64,000 nt of DNA from positions 11,438,633 to 11,502,632 of the forward strand of contig OZ037769.1 of the NCBI GenBank assembly GCA_964035545.1, given 5' to 3'. This DNA comes from Bugula neritina. Its lineage: Eukaryota > Animalia > Bryozoa. Each line of letters starts with the position of its first letter. Position 1 is the stretch's first letter. A program made the position numbers and the translations under genes. Below the pieces are notes generated by a model that saw only the letters and a list, made by a program, of their open reading frames with translations, had not been told where the DNA came from and did not search any database. Shown here in pieces: positions 1 through 14,800 of the stretch.

Positions 1-1727
1 ATAAACATTATATTATTATATGTTATAATATAAGTAAATAATATAAACTCATATTTTAGATACTATTGTATCTTTGATCCTTACAGTTTGAATGAAAGAC
101 TGTATGCCATAATGTCTTGACTTCTAATTTTCATTCAAACTCTGAAGAAGAAAGTGGTGCATTGAATAGCAGCTTTACGGTGCTAAACTGTCACTTGCGT
201 TCTGCAGTGTGTCAAACTCAAATGCTGGAAAATATTTTCTACCATATAATATACTCATATATTTTAAGCAATGAACTCATGCAATGGTAATGGAGATATA
301 AATCACATACATTAAATGAATAACAAATAATACGCATACAACCATTAAAAGTGTACTAGTGTCATAAATTATTAATCCGTATTAATTGTGACCAAGTAGC
401 AGATAGGTATCATTATCAAATGATGAAGACGTTTGGAATATAAATGTTTCTAAGGAGCATAATAGTCGCTCTAATGGGGTTTATCTTAAAATACTTGTAT
501 ACAGTTTTATATTCGACCTAATAAGGCATACAACACGAAATAAGTCAGCAATAAGCCCATAAAGTAGATAACAACTACACGCATTCATACTTTGGTTTTT
601 AATATATTTATGCTTCATGCTACGATATGCTTTACACTAAATGCTTTAAGCTTCATATACATGTGAATTGGCAAGTTCTTCTTAAGCTTGGATGATGACA
701 AATGCATGGTTGAGGATGCAATATTTTTAGAGTTACAACATTTGGGGCTCATAATGGACTGATATGACTGGAGAACTAGCCTAAGCTACCACCAATTATA
801 AACAAAATGTATTACAAAAGCACCGCCAGCAAAAAGCAAAGTAGACACAATTAATTTGTAATGTACAATAATTGTAGTATCGCAGCTAATTTTTATAATG
901 AATGCTTAAAATCAAATAACCAGCAAGTAGAAAGTCTGACAAATTATGTATTATTTATTCATTTGTCCCATTCATAATGCATGGCAACAGCACAAATACT
1001 ATATGATAATGCCATTTTAATGCTTGGTTGAAACAGTAATGATGGGTCAAGATGATTAAAATAAGAAAAAATGTTAGACTTTCCACTCACTAAAATAATT
1101 CATTATTATAATTGTAAAATGTTTTCGAGTTATCTGCCTTCTCTAAGCAACTTCCCTCCGTTGTTGCGAAAATGTATCACTAGGTGATAATATCAATACG
1201 CATTATTAAAACAAAAAAAGATAATAATGTTACAAATAAATAAAATAATATATTGTAAAATTGAGTAAAATTTAAAATTAAGTACAAATATTTTTGTAAT
1301 TTAATAATTATTTATTGTTTTAAACCTAAGGCAATTTTATACTAAATATTTGCGAGTTAGAACATTGTGTATCAAATATAGTGACACGGTCGTAAGCAAG
1401 TGCTCGGTCAAGATTCAAGGTCAAACAAAGCAACGATTGAGATAGGACAGTGTTAGCCAAGACGCAGGTTTTGGTTTTTTATTTTTTTATATTGACGAGT
1501 GCAGACTACAAAAGATGCAGTTAAATTAATTTTTCAAGTGTTAAACTATCAGTGTATGACGTGCATTATAAAGTGAAGACTCGAATTTTGAATGTGGAAA
1601 TTGACTTCGAATTTTTAAAACTAACATTCCAACCTATAGTATTGCTATAGTGTATATCTAAAATTCTATCTAGTATATAGTATATGCCAAATGCACTTAT
1701 ACTGTAATCGTTATTAACTCATCAATT

Positions 1728-4700
1728 ATGGACACAGAAAGCTTCAAACAGCCATTTTTGAAATTAATATACCCCATGGAGCTTTACAACATGCTCAATT
1801 TGTCGTTTGACTACCCTCGTGTTAGTGACCAAAATTATCTTCTGTTACTAGGTTAGTAGACATGACTATTGCCATGTGTTATAAATAATATATGCAACTT
1901 GGAAACTATTATTATAATATCATTAAAATCATAGTTTAAAAAATACCTTCAATATAAATATATATCATTACAAAAGTTACAAATCAGTTATTTTCAAGGC
2001 AACATTTGTTTATTCTTCTCAGCCAATACTATTTTCTGCTTGCCCTGGCTTTTCTTAATTGTAAACAAGCAAAAGTGATTTATTTTACTAAGCAAATATA
2101 GGGTACAAGTTATAGCATAGGTGTTTATATAAGTTCATAAATTTCTGTTCAGGAAATTAGGCCTTAGGATTTTATATTTTTCAATTTCTAGAAACAGTGT
2201 CAGTTGAGTGTTATAAAAACACAGTGTACATGGTAAATTTTAGATGCAAGGAAACTGCACGAATACAACGAGTCTCACATATTCACTGCCAAAAAGGCCA
2301 GTAAGGTTAGTATTGTATGTTGCTAAACGTTTAAACCAAAAGCATACAGAAGTTGCACTAGCACTAACGGCTTACAATTCTATGTGTTATTACAGAATGA
2401 TAGTGACGAGTTTACAGTTACTCATGACGCTGAGTTGGAGTGTAAGATTAATATAGTGGTGTATGACGGAACGACAGAATCGCTTGACGAATTGGGTGAG
2501 TCATTATGCATCAGCTGATTTTACTGCATGTCTGTTGAGGGAATGTGCAAAAATTTTCTGCATAGATGAATTGTATTTGTGAATTTAAAAAAGACGAAGT
2601 TGTCATATCTTGTACAGCTTTTTAAATGATTTGCTCATTATCACTGTAGCTAATTTAAGATGATTTAAAAGCAACTACTTTCAAAATCAGTTGCTAATAT
2701 GTTTAGTAATGGATTAGTTTACAGTAGTCACGTGTTAAACTGAAGTCGGCTCATTGAGTTATATCATATGTACCACTTAGACACTCCAGCTATGCAGTGT
2801 GGGAAGCTGTTAGCTGAAAAGGGTAGTAGGAACCAGGTGCAAATCTTGTGCGGAGGATATGAGCGATTTTCCGCCCTTTATCCATTTCTACGGACTCAAA
2901 AGATTTTATGGCTACCCCAGGCGAGTATTATTGTAGTTCTAGTAGTTTTAATAGTTTTTACGTTTAGTATTTCTTTGAAGGACTGCTAATAGGTATATTA
3001 AGTTTAGGTAATATAGCAAAAAATAATTAATTTTTTGAGCTCAAACACAAAATACTTTATCTGAGGTTGGAACTTTCATGTCACCTGTCGCCAGTATGAT
3101 TTGAGTGCTTGTAATTCTTTGCCTTAATTCAATTAATAAAATTATTTGAGCTGACATTTCATATTCGCTAGATGAAAAAACAACTCCTGGAAATCTGAAA
3201 AAAAAATGTTTGTGTTCCTCTCTTTTTTATTTGTCGTAAGAAAATAATTTTTTTATTTAGTACAGCTATCTTGTTTCACAATGATATATGCGAAATGATG
3301 TGAGGTGTTGATAAAGTGAATGTTGGGTATCTTGTGTAAATAAGTTTGAGGAACTACTTTTATTGCTGCTCTTTTAGCATTAAAAATTATTTTATTAAAT
3401 AGAAACAACATAACATTATTATCATTTAGTAATAAAAAGCAAATAATTGTCATCGATGTGATTTTAATTTGAAACTATTATGTACAATCTATATACCGAC
3501 ATTAGGCAATTATTTTAGATTATAGCTGAACGTCTTGAAGTAAACTCAATGTGTTTTAAACATGAAATTATGCAAGTTATCAATTGCTCTTAGTTTCTCT
3601 CCTAAAACCCACTGTATTGCTAATAATCATAGCACTAAACATTTAAATACGTTTTATTAGTTAGTTAAAACTTCTCTACATGTAGGAGTTGGATGACATT
3701 AAAACCTATCCAATAGAAATTCTCCCGGGAGCCTTGTATCTTGGCAACTCCCGCCAGGGCACTGCTGAGTATATAACAAAGGATCTAAAGCTACAAGGCA
3801 AGATTTGCCTGCAGGAAGGGGTTGAGCCTGTAAATGACGAGCATCGTATGAATATTCCCATAGCAGACAACAAGGGTGAGTCTTCACCAAGTACACTTGT
3901 AACTGAATATAACTTTCCTAGCAAACCGAAGATAATTTTAGTATGCTGTGTTTTTTCAAACTTGTCATGGAAATTTTTTGAAATAAATAATTTCCGTTTT
4001 ACTTTTAATCACCATGATTTGAATGACAAGAAATTCTATGGCTATGATACTGAAAATTTTAACTTGAGCTTGGATTTTTTCAGTATAAATTTCATTTCAT
4101 TAGGTTGCTCTAAAACTTCTGCCTCCCCTAGGATTTGAACCTGAGACTTCCAGTCTTGCAAGCAGGCAAGCTAACCATTACACCACAGGGGCTACTGAGT
4201 AAACTCAACACTACAGTTGCTTACCCAGTCAGTGTAATATAGTCAAGCATAGTGTATAGCATGTTAACTTCTATACTTTTAGAGGCAGACCTCACGCCTT
4301 ACCTCAACAATGTGTGCGCGTTTATAGACCTGCACAGGGAGAAGAAATTACCTGTACTTGTGTACTCAGATCTGGGCTACAGTAGAGCTGCTGCTGTTTG
4401 CATTGCCTACCTGATGCACATCAACCCTACCAAACCTACAGTGCAGGTAGCACAACTTATTCTGTTTATTTAACTTCATGCGCTGAAACTGTCTGCGTGG
4501 TTAGAGTCATCTTAATTTTGGGTTTCATAGTTTATTTTTTAAAATTTATCCTCCATTATAGTCGAATTTTCCAGGCTTTTAACGAAATATATTTCACCAA
4601 GGTGAAGCTGTTTCAGCAACTTTCATGACTGGTTTGTATGCTCTACCAGTTTAGAAGACTATTCAGTTTATAGTTAATGATCATATGGAAGTTTCAACTT

Positions 4701-5167
4701 ATCAACAGGAGGACACAACTTCATTTTTATAAAAGAACTTTTAATCTACAACGGAAAACTCTCACCTACAACTGCTCTCCATCAGAATTATGCTTATTTT
4801 AACAGCAAATTCGTACAATCTTTGTATTCCTAGATCTGATTGGTTTGCCACGGCCATACCAATTTACGGAAAATTTTGATAATTGAAAACTTGCCTGTAA
4901 AAAAAGTGAACCAATGTTGCTCTGTACTGTATAGAGGCCTGTTTCAGCAAGGTCATCCAATGCAATGATCAGTTCTAGTTTTCAAACACATGTTGACCAC
5001 TGCCGCAGTTGATTTCTTATATCATTTGACAGCTAGCTTAGTTATGTATTCGTATGATTGGATAAGCATGTTTTATATTTTAGGAAAATTATGAGCAAAT
5101 AAGAAGATGCAATGAGCACGCCTGCCCTACTACTGCCCTTTTGACTCAGCTGGAGGCCTGGCAGTAG
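1728..5167 (+). CDS. STYXL1: Serine/threonine/tyrosine-interacting-like protein 1 (MK-STYX; rhodanese domain + catalytically inactive dual-specificity phosphatase), 7 coding exons
   Basis: Exons ~1728-1851, 2244-2305, 2396-2495, 2782-2920, 3686-3875, 4283-4446, 5084-5167 splice in frame: MDTES..[101 protein letters not shown]. Catalytic HC is replaced by YS, as expected for this pseudophosphatase family. Confidence 0.92.
4121..4192 (-). mobile_element. tRNA-derived SINE head or tRNA pseudogene in a STYXL1 intron
   Basis: Minus strand reads GCCCCTGTGGTGTAATGGTTAGC...CTTGCAA...GGTTCAAATCCTAGGGGAGGC: A box and B box at tRNA spacing, but the anticodon stem does not pair. Confidence 0.6.
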
Positions 5168-5829
5168 GTAAATCTCCTAAATCTGACACAATATTCCAAG
5201 ACTCACCAAACTGAAGGGTAGACAACTACAAATAGAAACTAAGCAACACTGTGATATGCTAAGCAGACGGAGCTTTGAGAAAGGAGAACACAAAAACTAA
5301 TTTCATTATATTCGGCTTTATTTTTAAAATATATTATTATGAAAAAGTAACAAGTTTGAGTGCCTTATAAATAAAAGTTTTTGTTTAAACAAAAAGTATT
5401 CAAATAATTCTGATAAAACACCTCAATATATTGCCTAATGGTGTATATTATTGTTTAAAAATATATATATAATACAAATGTACACTAATTAACTATATAA
5501 TTATTAGTTCCCTAATAGTTATACAATTATAATAAGTGGAGAGACTGCAGCTGTAACTGCAGTTTAGATAAGTTGATATGATTGCAGAGTGTGAAACTTT
5601 TCGAGAAGAAAGGCCTAATTTTGAGGTAAGAAAAGTCTGCAATAAAACAAATTGAACTAATTTTATGAAGATCTAAATGTAAATTGAATTCATTTAAATA
5701 AAATTGTATATTATATATATATACATCTTGCATAGAACAACATTGGTGTTGAATGCGCCTTCGTAGGGAGCAGACCAGTGAGTCCATTTAAACCACAAGT
5801 AAAGGTGGTGCCACTTGGCGCAAAGCGTG

Positions 5830-8800
5830 TCAGCTACTGGAAGATATCTTTGGAGTGTTTGATTGGCTGACAGAAGGGGCAGCAGGATCTGAGACCAGCA
5901 CCAGATGCTGTTTACCTCTCTCAAAACCTGCTACATGTACGGCTCTGCCTACAAAACCAATAAGTTAGAATCAGCTGCTCCATTTAATCAGTTTAATCAA
6001 ACTTGATGCAATTTACAAAACAGCGTTATTTGCAGCTGAAAAGTAGAGTTGTTTTGTCTCAAGTTACTCTGATGCTGTAGTAACTGTGTGTCATCGGAGT
6101 TTAATCATTATCAGGCATCAGCCAGAGAGTGAAAAACACATGTATTTTGATTCATATCAACATCATAGCTACTTCTAAGGTGGTTCTATAACTTACCAAA
6201 AAGAGCAGAGGCTTCTGGATTACTTGAACCACTTGCACTTGGGTTGGATAGTTTGGGAGTAGAAGTGCTAATTGTTATGCTGGAGGAAGAAGTAGGTGAT
6301 ACACAGCTCGTTGTTTCTGTGAATAAGGTAGCAGGTTGTACAGCAGACGAGTTATTGGCAGGTTGTAGGTTCTTGACAAGTTGAACAGGTTGCTGTACAG
6401 ACATGTTGACAAATCGGACAGGTTGTGTAGCAGGCAAGTTGACAAGTCTGACTGTTTGTTGAGCAGGTGATTGGACAAGTCTGATTGATTGCTGTAGAGG
6501 TGAGTTGACAAGCCTGACAGGTTGTTGAGCAGGTGGGCTGATGAGTCGGATCGATTGTTGTAGAGGTGAGCGGACAACTCTAAAAGCTTGTTGTGTAGGT
6601 GAGTTCACAACTCTGACATGTTGCTTTACAGAGGTGACAAGTTGGATAGGAGAACCTATGTTCTGCACGGTGACACCCCTACCAGTGTGTTTAGAAGATA
6701 AAGTATGGATTATTGGTGATTTTAGTGTCTCCAAGGGGGCAGCCGAAGTTGCAATGTTATTTGTTGTTCTTTTAGTTTGTCCAGCTAAATTGATTGACTC
6801 TGAAAGTGTCAAATAACGTATTTCCGACTTAGAACTGTTGGGTTGTGTATGCTGCATATCTTTACCATCAGTGTTTGTTACTATTTTGACACTATTGGGT
6901 AGCGAAGTAGGAGCGGTCGCAGCTCGTACCACATTAAGTGTGCCGTGTTTTACAGTATTAACAGAATGTACAGAGGTTGAGTGTAATGTTGGTCTCTCAG
7001 CAGTTGCAACACATAATTTTTGTGCAACAGATGCGGGTATTTGTATTATAGTTCTAGACAAACTGTCCAAGTTGCTAATACTTGTAGCAGTACCGGCTGA
7101 TTGACTGGAGGTTGAAGCAGTACAAAGGGTGTTACTACTAGCTATACTAATAGCTGTTATTGCAGTATTAGTGCTTTTAGTTGTGTCGGTTACTCCAGTA
7201 GCTGTAGAAGTGATTTTAGATACAGTTACAGCAGGAATATGGGTGGCTCCATTTATGGCATTAGCAACAGGTGCTCTTGTGACATTTCTGACAGGCATAG
7301 TTGTGACACCCCCAGCAGGTCTGACACTGACACTCGCAGTGGCATATGTCAGATTAGTATTAGTGACCCCAGTAATAGGCAACGTGCTAGCACTGTCACT
7401 GGCTTTCCTACTAACTGTAGCCTTCAACAGTTTTCTCGTTTGCAAAGTAGGAGGGCAGTTTGGAGGGCGAGAGGAAATAATAACGGGCTTTTGATTGCCT
7501 GAGTGGGCAGACAGCATCAGTTTACTAGGCAATACCGATCTGATAGGCAGCACACTTATGGCAGCATTCTGGTTTCTCATGGCATTGATTTGACCAGCAG
7601 TTTTCACAGTCTGCAAGTATCAAAAGAAATAAACAAACACTATATCAAGTCAGCTATGCACACACATTCCAGTTTAAAAAAATATTTATCAAGGATAAGC
7701 ATCGAACCCGCAAAATGTAAACTCAGCGATTAGGAAGATATAAGTTATTTATTATACGTACGAAGGTTTTATTCGTAGCCAGCTGCAGGCTACTCCTTGC
7801 TGTTGCTAAGCTGGCCGTAGTAACAGAACACTGTGCAGTCTTGATGCCACTACAATACATGACAGATCAAAGAAATTCCAAAAACAGAAATAAACACAAA
7901 GCTATTGCGCAATGTTATGCAATGGAAGTTTAGCTTTAGTACCAAGCAAACTTTCGTACCTATTTGTCGGATTAGGAGCTGATTGTTTAGAGATTGCAGA
8001 TGATAGCACAGTGAGGGTCCGAGTATTATTTCCAGCAGTACTTGTTGTCTTAACAGAAGGTGTGCTGTTTGTAGAGGTAAGAATGCTATTAGCTGAAGAG
8101 TTTAATCTGGCTGCAGCTGTAGAGACATGTTTCACGGTGTCTGCTGCAAGGATGACATCACCAGCGCAGGTAGTTGCAGGTGCTCTGCGTACAATAGAGA
8201 CATTCCTAGCAGGTGGTCCAAGAGTTTTAATTGATAGAGGAGAATTTGCTTTAGACAATATTCGAGGATGGTTGAGTATCTGCAGTGTAAACACACAAAG
8301 AAGGATTTAGTATACACAATATCAAAGTAGATAGCAACAGTAGGTGTAGGGTGAGTGTAAGGTGAGTATAGGATGTATCACACTACTGTTTAACATAATG
8401 CCATTTAAAACAATGTTATTCACAGAGACTCATCAACACAACAGACTGTTACCTGTATATCAACACAACATATTGTTACCTATATATCAAAACAACACCC
8501 TTTTAACTGTATATCAACACACTACACTGTTACCTGTATACCAACACAACACACTATTAACTGTATATCAACACAACACACTATTATTTGTATACCAACA
8601 CAACACACTGTTACCTGCACTTTAGACTTATTTTGAGCAAGCAGCGAGGGTAATTGTTCCTTAGGCACCATAAACAGCTGCTTATTGACCTTCACTACAT
8701 AACCATCTGTGATTTTAGCAGGCTGTGTGGAGGTCTGCTTGATGACATCCTACAAGATATAGCAGAGTTATGTTAGAGAGGGTCATATATACAGACAATA

Positions 8801-11800
8801 CAAATTGAGCGTTAACCAGGTGAACTGATGCTACAAGTGGCGTTCATACACCAGCTAGAAGGGTACCATCTAACAGGTCTATATGATTGGTCGAACCTCC
8901 ACCTTCAAAACAATGATAAGGTGTAGCATTGGTATAAATAACATTAATAATACAAGAAAGGTAAATCCATAGATCCTATTTTATTTATAATATGTTCAAT
9001 AAAATAAAGTCAAAACATGCTGTGGAATCTGAATAAAATGTTTACAAAGTTTAGAACGGATTTAATGCTTAGGCAATAAATTGTTAATAGTCTGAGTACC
9101 AAGTGAATGCATATTTTAACTGACGAAAACCAGAAGCTAATAGACAAGGTTCTACTAGATAGACTCTAATAGTTCAGCAATTGGAGAGAGGCTGTATCAA
9201 TATATATATAGTGTAACTATACAACATTCACAGGCTTCACAGAAGTGACTTGCAAACAGAACAGTGTCTATTTATATCTTTCAAAGCAAAAAGCAATTCA
9301 AAATAAAGAAAGTTAAATATATGATAGCATTTTTCGGTTCGGCAATGAAAAGTTCCCACTATCTGCCAAATATCAGGGCTATTTATAATAGCAACAATTC
9401 GATTGGAGTTGCCTGCTCACAATGAGTAGTATTAATTAGTAGCAGGTTGACAGTTAAAGAATCACTTACAGTGGTGGTAGTTGAAGTATTGCTCTCAGTA
9501 GTGTCCGCTTTACTCTCTCGCTTCACTTTCTTTGCGCTGATGGCTTGTCGGGGTTCAGCATTGTTGGGTATCAGTCGCCTTTTCCGGATCCTTCCGAATG
9601 CACTGACACCAAACTCCGTCTGCTAACAGTTAAAGTCCACTAGTTATACTATGACTATACAGTTATACTATGACTATACAATTATACTATGACTGTACAG
9701 TTATACTATGACTATACAGTAATACTATGACTATACAGTTATACTATGACTATACAGTAATACTATGACTATACAGTTATACTATGACTATACAGTTATA
9801 CTATGACTACATAGTTATACTATGACTACACAGTTACACTATGACTATACAGTTACACTATGACTACATAGTTATACTATGACTACACAGTTATACTATG
9901 ACTACATAGTTATACTATGACTATATAGTTATACTACAGACTGGTTACATATTATAGAGCTACACTACACTAGCTACACTACCTGACCATCTTCTTCTAT
10001 ATTCCCAGGTTCAGGTGTTGACACTGCAGCTCTGTTAGCTGATTTAGATTTCCTAGACACACTTTCACTTGTGGGGTCAGTAGTTGCCTTCTCCTGATCT
10101 CCTGTAACCTGACTCTCTACCTCCTCCTTTCCATTGTCATCATCAGCACTAGCCGGGCTGTCTGATTCCCACCCGTCAGCTGCCTGCGATAATATGAAAC
10201 TCTACAGCTAACTGATGTGCCTACAGAGCCGGTCTCTCCTGAACCCTTCTACACTCTGGAGAAAATCACCCAGTAAGTAGCAACTTCATCAATTAAGCTA
10301 GGGGCCACATAAAGTGGAAATTTTATAAGTAAATATCTGCTACCTACTACACACAATACATTACCAGAGAAAGCAAAGCTTAGTATTTGCCGAGGGTTTA
10401 TCTACTCTCCATGTCAAAAATTATTTCATTTTGAAATCTCACTGGCTATTCTCAATAATGTGCAATTGATAGGAATAAAAATGTAAAAGTTGGGCTGGAA
10501 AAGTGGGCTCACTAAATAGTAATCAGCCAACTAGATCACTAGCAAGGAAATGTTTTGTCCGATTCGTTTAGCATTTAACCAAACTAAATTCGTCTAAAAC
10601 AGCCTTATTTTGTCGTCTGTGCATAGTTTTGGACAGTGACCCTAGCTTTATAGAGAAGTGAAAATTGATGTCAAAAGTAAGTTTTGACTGTTCTATGAAG
10701 GAGAATACCACATGACTGGTACTCAGTCTACATGATGAACATACCACAGAAGTCTGCTCTATATAGGACTCGCACTCTTTCTTCATTTTCTCCTTAGCCT
10801 TAGTGTCAAGAGCCAAGAGTTTGGATTCCCAGGGAGTTAACTCAGAGAGAAGATGACTCAGAGAATCATACAGTTCCCCTACAGAGTACAATGTCATGAT
10901 TCAACACGTAGCATACAAGGATAGAGGTTATGGCATTTCACTATAAACATTGAAATATACGTATATACACTCAATATCTGTAATGGGAGCTTTGGGCGAA
11001 AGCCTTTTTGCATGTTGCTAGCTATCACAATTACTGTATGACTCAGTACAGCTCAAGAAGTAAAGGAGAGAATTGTGAGCTAAGCTGTATTCACTTTACT
11101 CAAAGTATTATTCTGCATGAAGATTATGCACGTATAACTTTCAACTTATTGGCAGAGTAATTGTGAGTATTCTATTATGTTTGAGGTTTTCATTAATATG
11201 TTAAAATTCTTTAAGCAACAACTTCTATATTAAAGAATCCCTGACACACGTATCTATGCATGATTAAAATACAGCTTACAGTATCTCTGCCGACACATTA
11301 TCGTCATGAGTTTTTGTAACAAAAATAGTTTCATTTCAATTTTTTTATACATGTAAGAAAGCAAGTATATTTGTTTAACCATTCAGCAATCAGAATTATG
11401 GCCTTCAACAATCTATTTCCTCTAAAATGTAAAAGTAGATGATCAACACCTAAACTTACCAGATGGTAACTATTTTCCCAAAATGACTTTTGGAGTTTTA
11501 AAAACTTATGAGATATCATAATGAATCAGGTTGAATGCTTACACAGCTTACCTTCTCTACCTCTTGAACCAGAGAACTGTTGAGCTAACTCTCTCAGGTC
11601 CTCTACAGATTGACAGATGAGGCGGTATGACTGAAAGTCGGTAGGCTCTGTTATTAGACCATCTTCTTCCTCTACAGAACTCGAGTCTTCTTTAACTTCT
11701 ACTTCCTTCTTTGGTGAAACTTCTTCCTCTTTTAGAGAAGTTTGTTCAGAGGAGACGTCTGCTAATTCAGACAATTGTTTTTCTTCTCGCTGACTGCTAG

Positions 11801-14800
11801 GATCTGAGCCAGTCTCAGTTTTAACGACATGCTCCGGGGTTTCATTCAGTGAGTTCCCAGAGCTGAGACAATCACTGGAGTTGGGCAGAGTATCACTAGC
11901 CCCTTGTCTGCTGTTTGATTCATCAGAGACTAGTGATGACTCATCGGCAGCATTACCTCTAACTGAGTCAGCTGAGTCTGGTTCAACAGTCACCGACTCT
12001 CTCTTGCGTTTAGATTTTCGAGAGAGGCGGTGGTTTGATAGGCCCTAAAATAATCAGACATATTATTTTCTAATAAACTCTTAGTAAGCAATCTTTTGTA
12101 AGAAAACCTGTTTCTCCCAACTATGAGGCATGTATAATGTGTGTAATTAAGTGAATATACTAACACCAATGAGGTAGGTATATTGTGTGTAATTAAATGT
12201 ATGTACTAACATCAATGAGGTATGTATAATGTGTGTAATTAAGTGTATGTACGAACATCAAGGCAAACATTTAAACTGTACACTTTTATTTTTTCCATAA
12301 CCGTTCAATAGGTATGTAAATTTTGACCTAAATTATTTCTTGACCTACAAACACTCTAGGCAATCAGAGATAAATATGTGTCAGACAGGGGAGAGCATAA
12401 CATCATCCATTACATATCCATATTATTAACACCACACCAAAATTTCCCTATTTCACAAGATATAGAATGCACATAATTCTATGTAGTAGGTTACCAGCAT
12501 CAACTGTTCCCAACCCTACTCCAGCATCTATATGTGTAATGATATACTTTACATGATAGAATTCAGATCTCCTGGCAAGTCGCAACGCTCTGGCATCTGA
12601 TTGGCTGAAAGTCTGCGTGTTTTCCTTATCAGAAGAGGTCTTGGCTGCCCTATCAGTGACGGAACTGGTGGGAGAGTCACATACCTGGATGGTAGGACTG
12701 CTTCGCAGAGCACGGGTTTTAGCATGTGTACCAGATGAAGGCGGGTTGACCTAGATAATACACAGTGTTAAAACACACTGATATTGTTACAAAACCCTTC
12801 TTGGCAAACCAAACACAAAGAAAATACATTTTCATCAAGCTTAAAAGCCTGGTCTCACGCTCGAGAGAAAAACACAAAAGTCGTGTGAATATTTCCGTGA
12901 GTTATCCTCTCGTTATGACCAGCCACACACTGGTCGGACGAAATACATAATAAAAAGTCCGTGAATGAGTCTTGCACGAGATACTTTAACAGCAGAAAAT
13001 TACCAAACACAGAAACGTGGTAGAAATAAAATAATCACTGTTGCTAAAATTCTATTGACCAAGCAAATGGTGCTTATCGTCAAGTGCGATTTTTCGTCCA
13101 TCGTCTTTGGTGAGTGCATCCAGCGAACACAATTTCGTTTAAATTACCTCAAATTTGATCGCACGTTTGTGTTTTCGTGTCAAATAGAAAATTTCGTGGG
13201 ATTCTCACGAGTGTGTGGCAAGGCCTTTAATCTTATACGCCACATAAAACTTCACACACACAGAAGCAAATTAGTGTCAGAGATGTATTGGTGGCACAGC
13301 TAGGCAATGGGGTATCACATGACATGAAATTGTAACACTTTTGACTGAAGGGCTTTTACATCTTACCCAATAGGACACAGTACAAAACACAATACAATTA
13401 GATGTTGTTTAATCACAACACAAGGGAACATAAAGTACAAACCTGTTTCCTTTTACCGCCACCGCGTCTAGAGGTAGTAGAGGTTGTTTGGTGAGGTTTT
13501 AGTCTGTATATCCTGAGATGATCTCCGCAGAACTGGGGGAAGTGTAAGTAGGTGGCGCCACTGGAGTCGGTACCGAGTTGGTAAGATCTTGTCTCGTCTG
13601 CATCTTGCTCATCGAGTACATCTCGCAGACTGCTCTCCGTTGACTAGAAACGAGTCATAACCTTGTTACACACTTCAGATACAAACTTAACATTTCTGCA
13701 AACCTACAGCAGCTTTTTATAACAACATAAAATTAAATCAAATAAAAATATTTGCAAGTTTCAGCTATAAATGCGAGAGTATCGGTAATTTATAAAATGG
13801 AACGAAACAATACTATTGTACAGCACACTAGAATATAGATTACTACAATATAGTACAGAAATTTCCATACTACACTATAATACAGTACAACTTTGTCCAT
13901 ACTATACGAGACATGTCTACAGTGCACTACAATAGCATAAAGTCATTACCACACTAGCGTCACATAGAGACTTGATTATCCATATTCTCTGATAGAATGA
14001 TAGTTCATGGAATGATTTAGAAAGAAGGGGATTCCTGAGGCGCCCCACAACATGCCAAAACATGTGTTCAACACCAAGCCTATCTGCGGCCATGTTGAAG
14101 TCTTTATCACAGTCTTGTAAAGTCTTGTACCATGAGTCTAGTCTGTGAGATAACTTGGCATTCCAAACTTCATATGGCATGGGAGGTTTTCTGTCTAAGC
14201 TGTAAGATAGCATAAAAGAGTTAAAACAGTTAAATATATAGAATGTGACACAATGTGACAGAGTAGGACAGAATGTGACAGAGTAGGACAGAATGTGACA
14301 GAGTAGGACATAATGTGACAGAGTAGGACATAGTGTGACACAATGTGACAGAGTAGGACAGAATGTGACAGAGTATGACAGGATGTGACGGAGCATGACA
14401 AAGTGTGACAGAGTAGGACAGAATGTGACAGAGTAGGACGGGATGTGGCAGAATGTTTTTCAATAAGAAAATCGCATTAACAGTAGCTAGTTAGATTAGC
14501 AGTTATTGTAGTCACTTAGAAAGTAGATTGTGGTTCTTTGTTATTAATTAAGTTATTATTACGTAATCATTAAGACTATTAATTGGATTTTTTCAGTACA
14601 AAGAAATTATTTCGTTTCTCCAGAGAACACGTAATAGTATTGTTTAACGATTTAAAAATTAGGTATACTCTGCCTTACAGCAGTGACTGGAAAGCCAATA
14701 GAAGTAAAAATGACTTGTATTGGCCCCTTTCAAAGCATCGTGGCTTCACAGTAGATTCAATGCATGGAAGACTAGTTAAAGTGACAGTATAGCCCAGTAT

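Noticed and set aside
1-900. Possible minus-strand exons of a gene divergent from STYXL1
   Set aside because: Splice-like signals are present, but I found no consistent reading frame or recognisable protein.
4121-4192. Functional tRNA-Ala(TGC)
   Set aside because: Anticodon and acceptor stems pair poorly, so it is treated as a SINE head or pseudogene.
6541-8310. Plus-strand ORFs overlapping the BRD10 tail
   Set aside because: Antisense shadows of S/T/V-rich coding exons.
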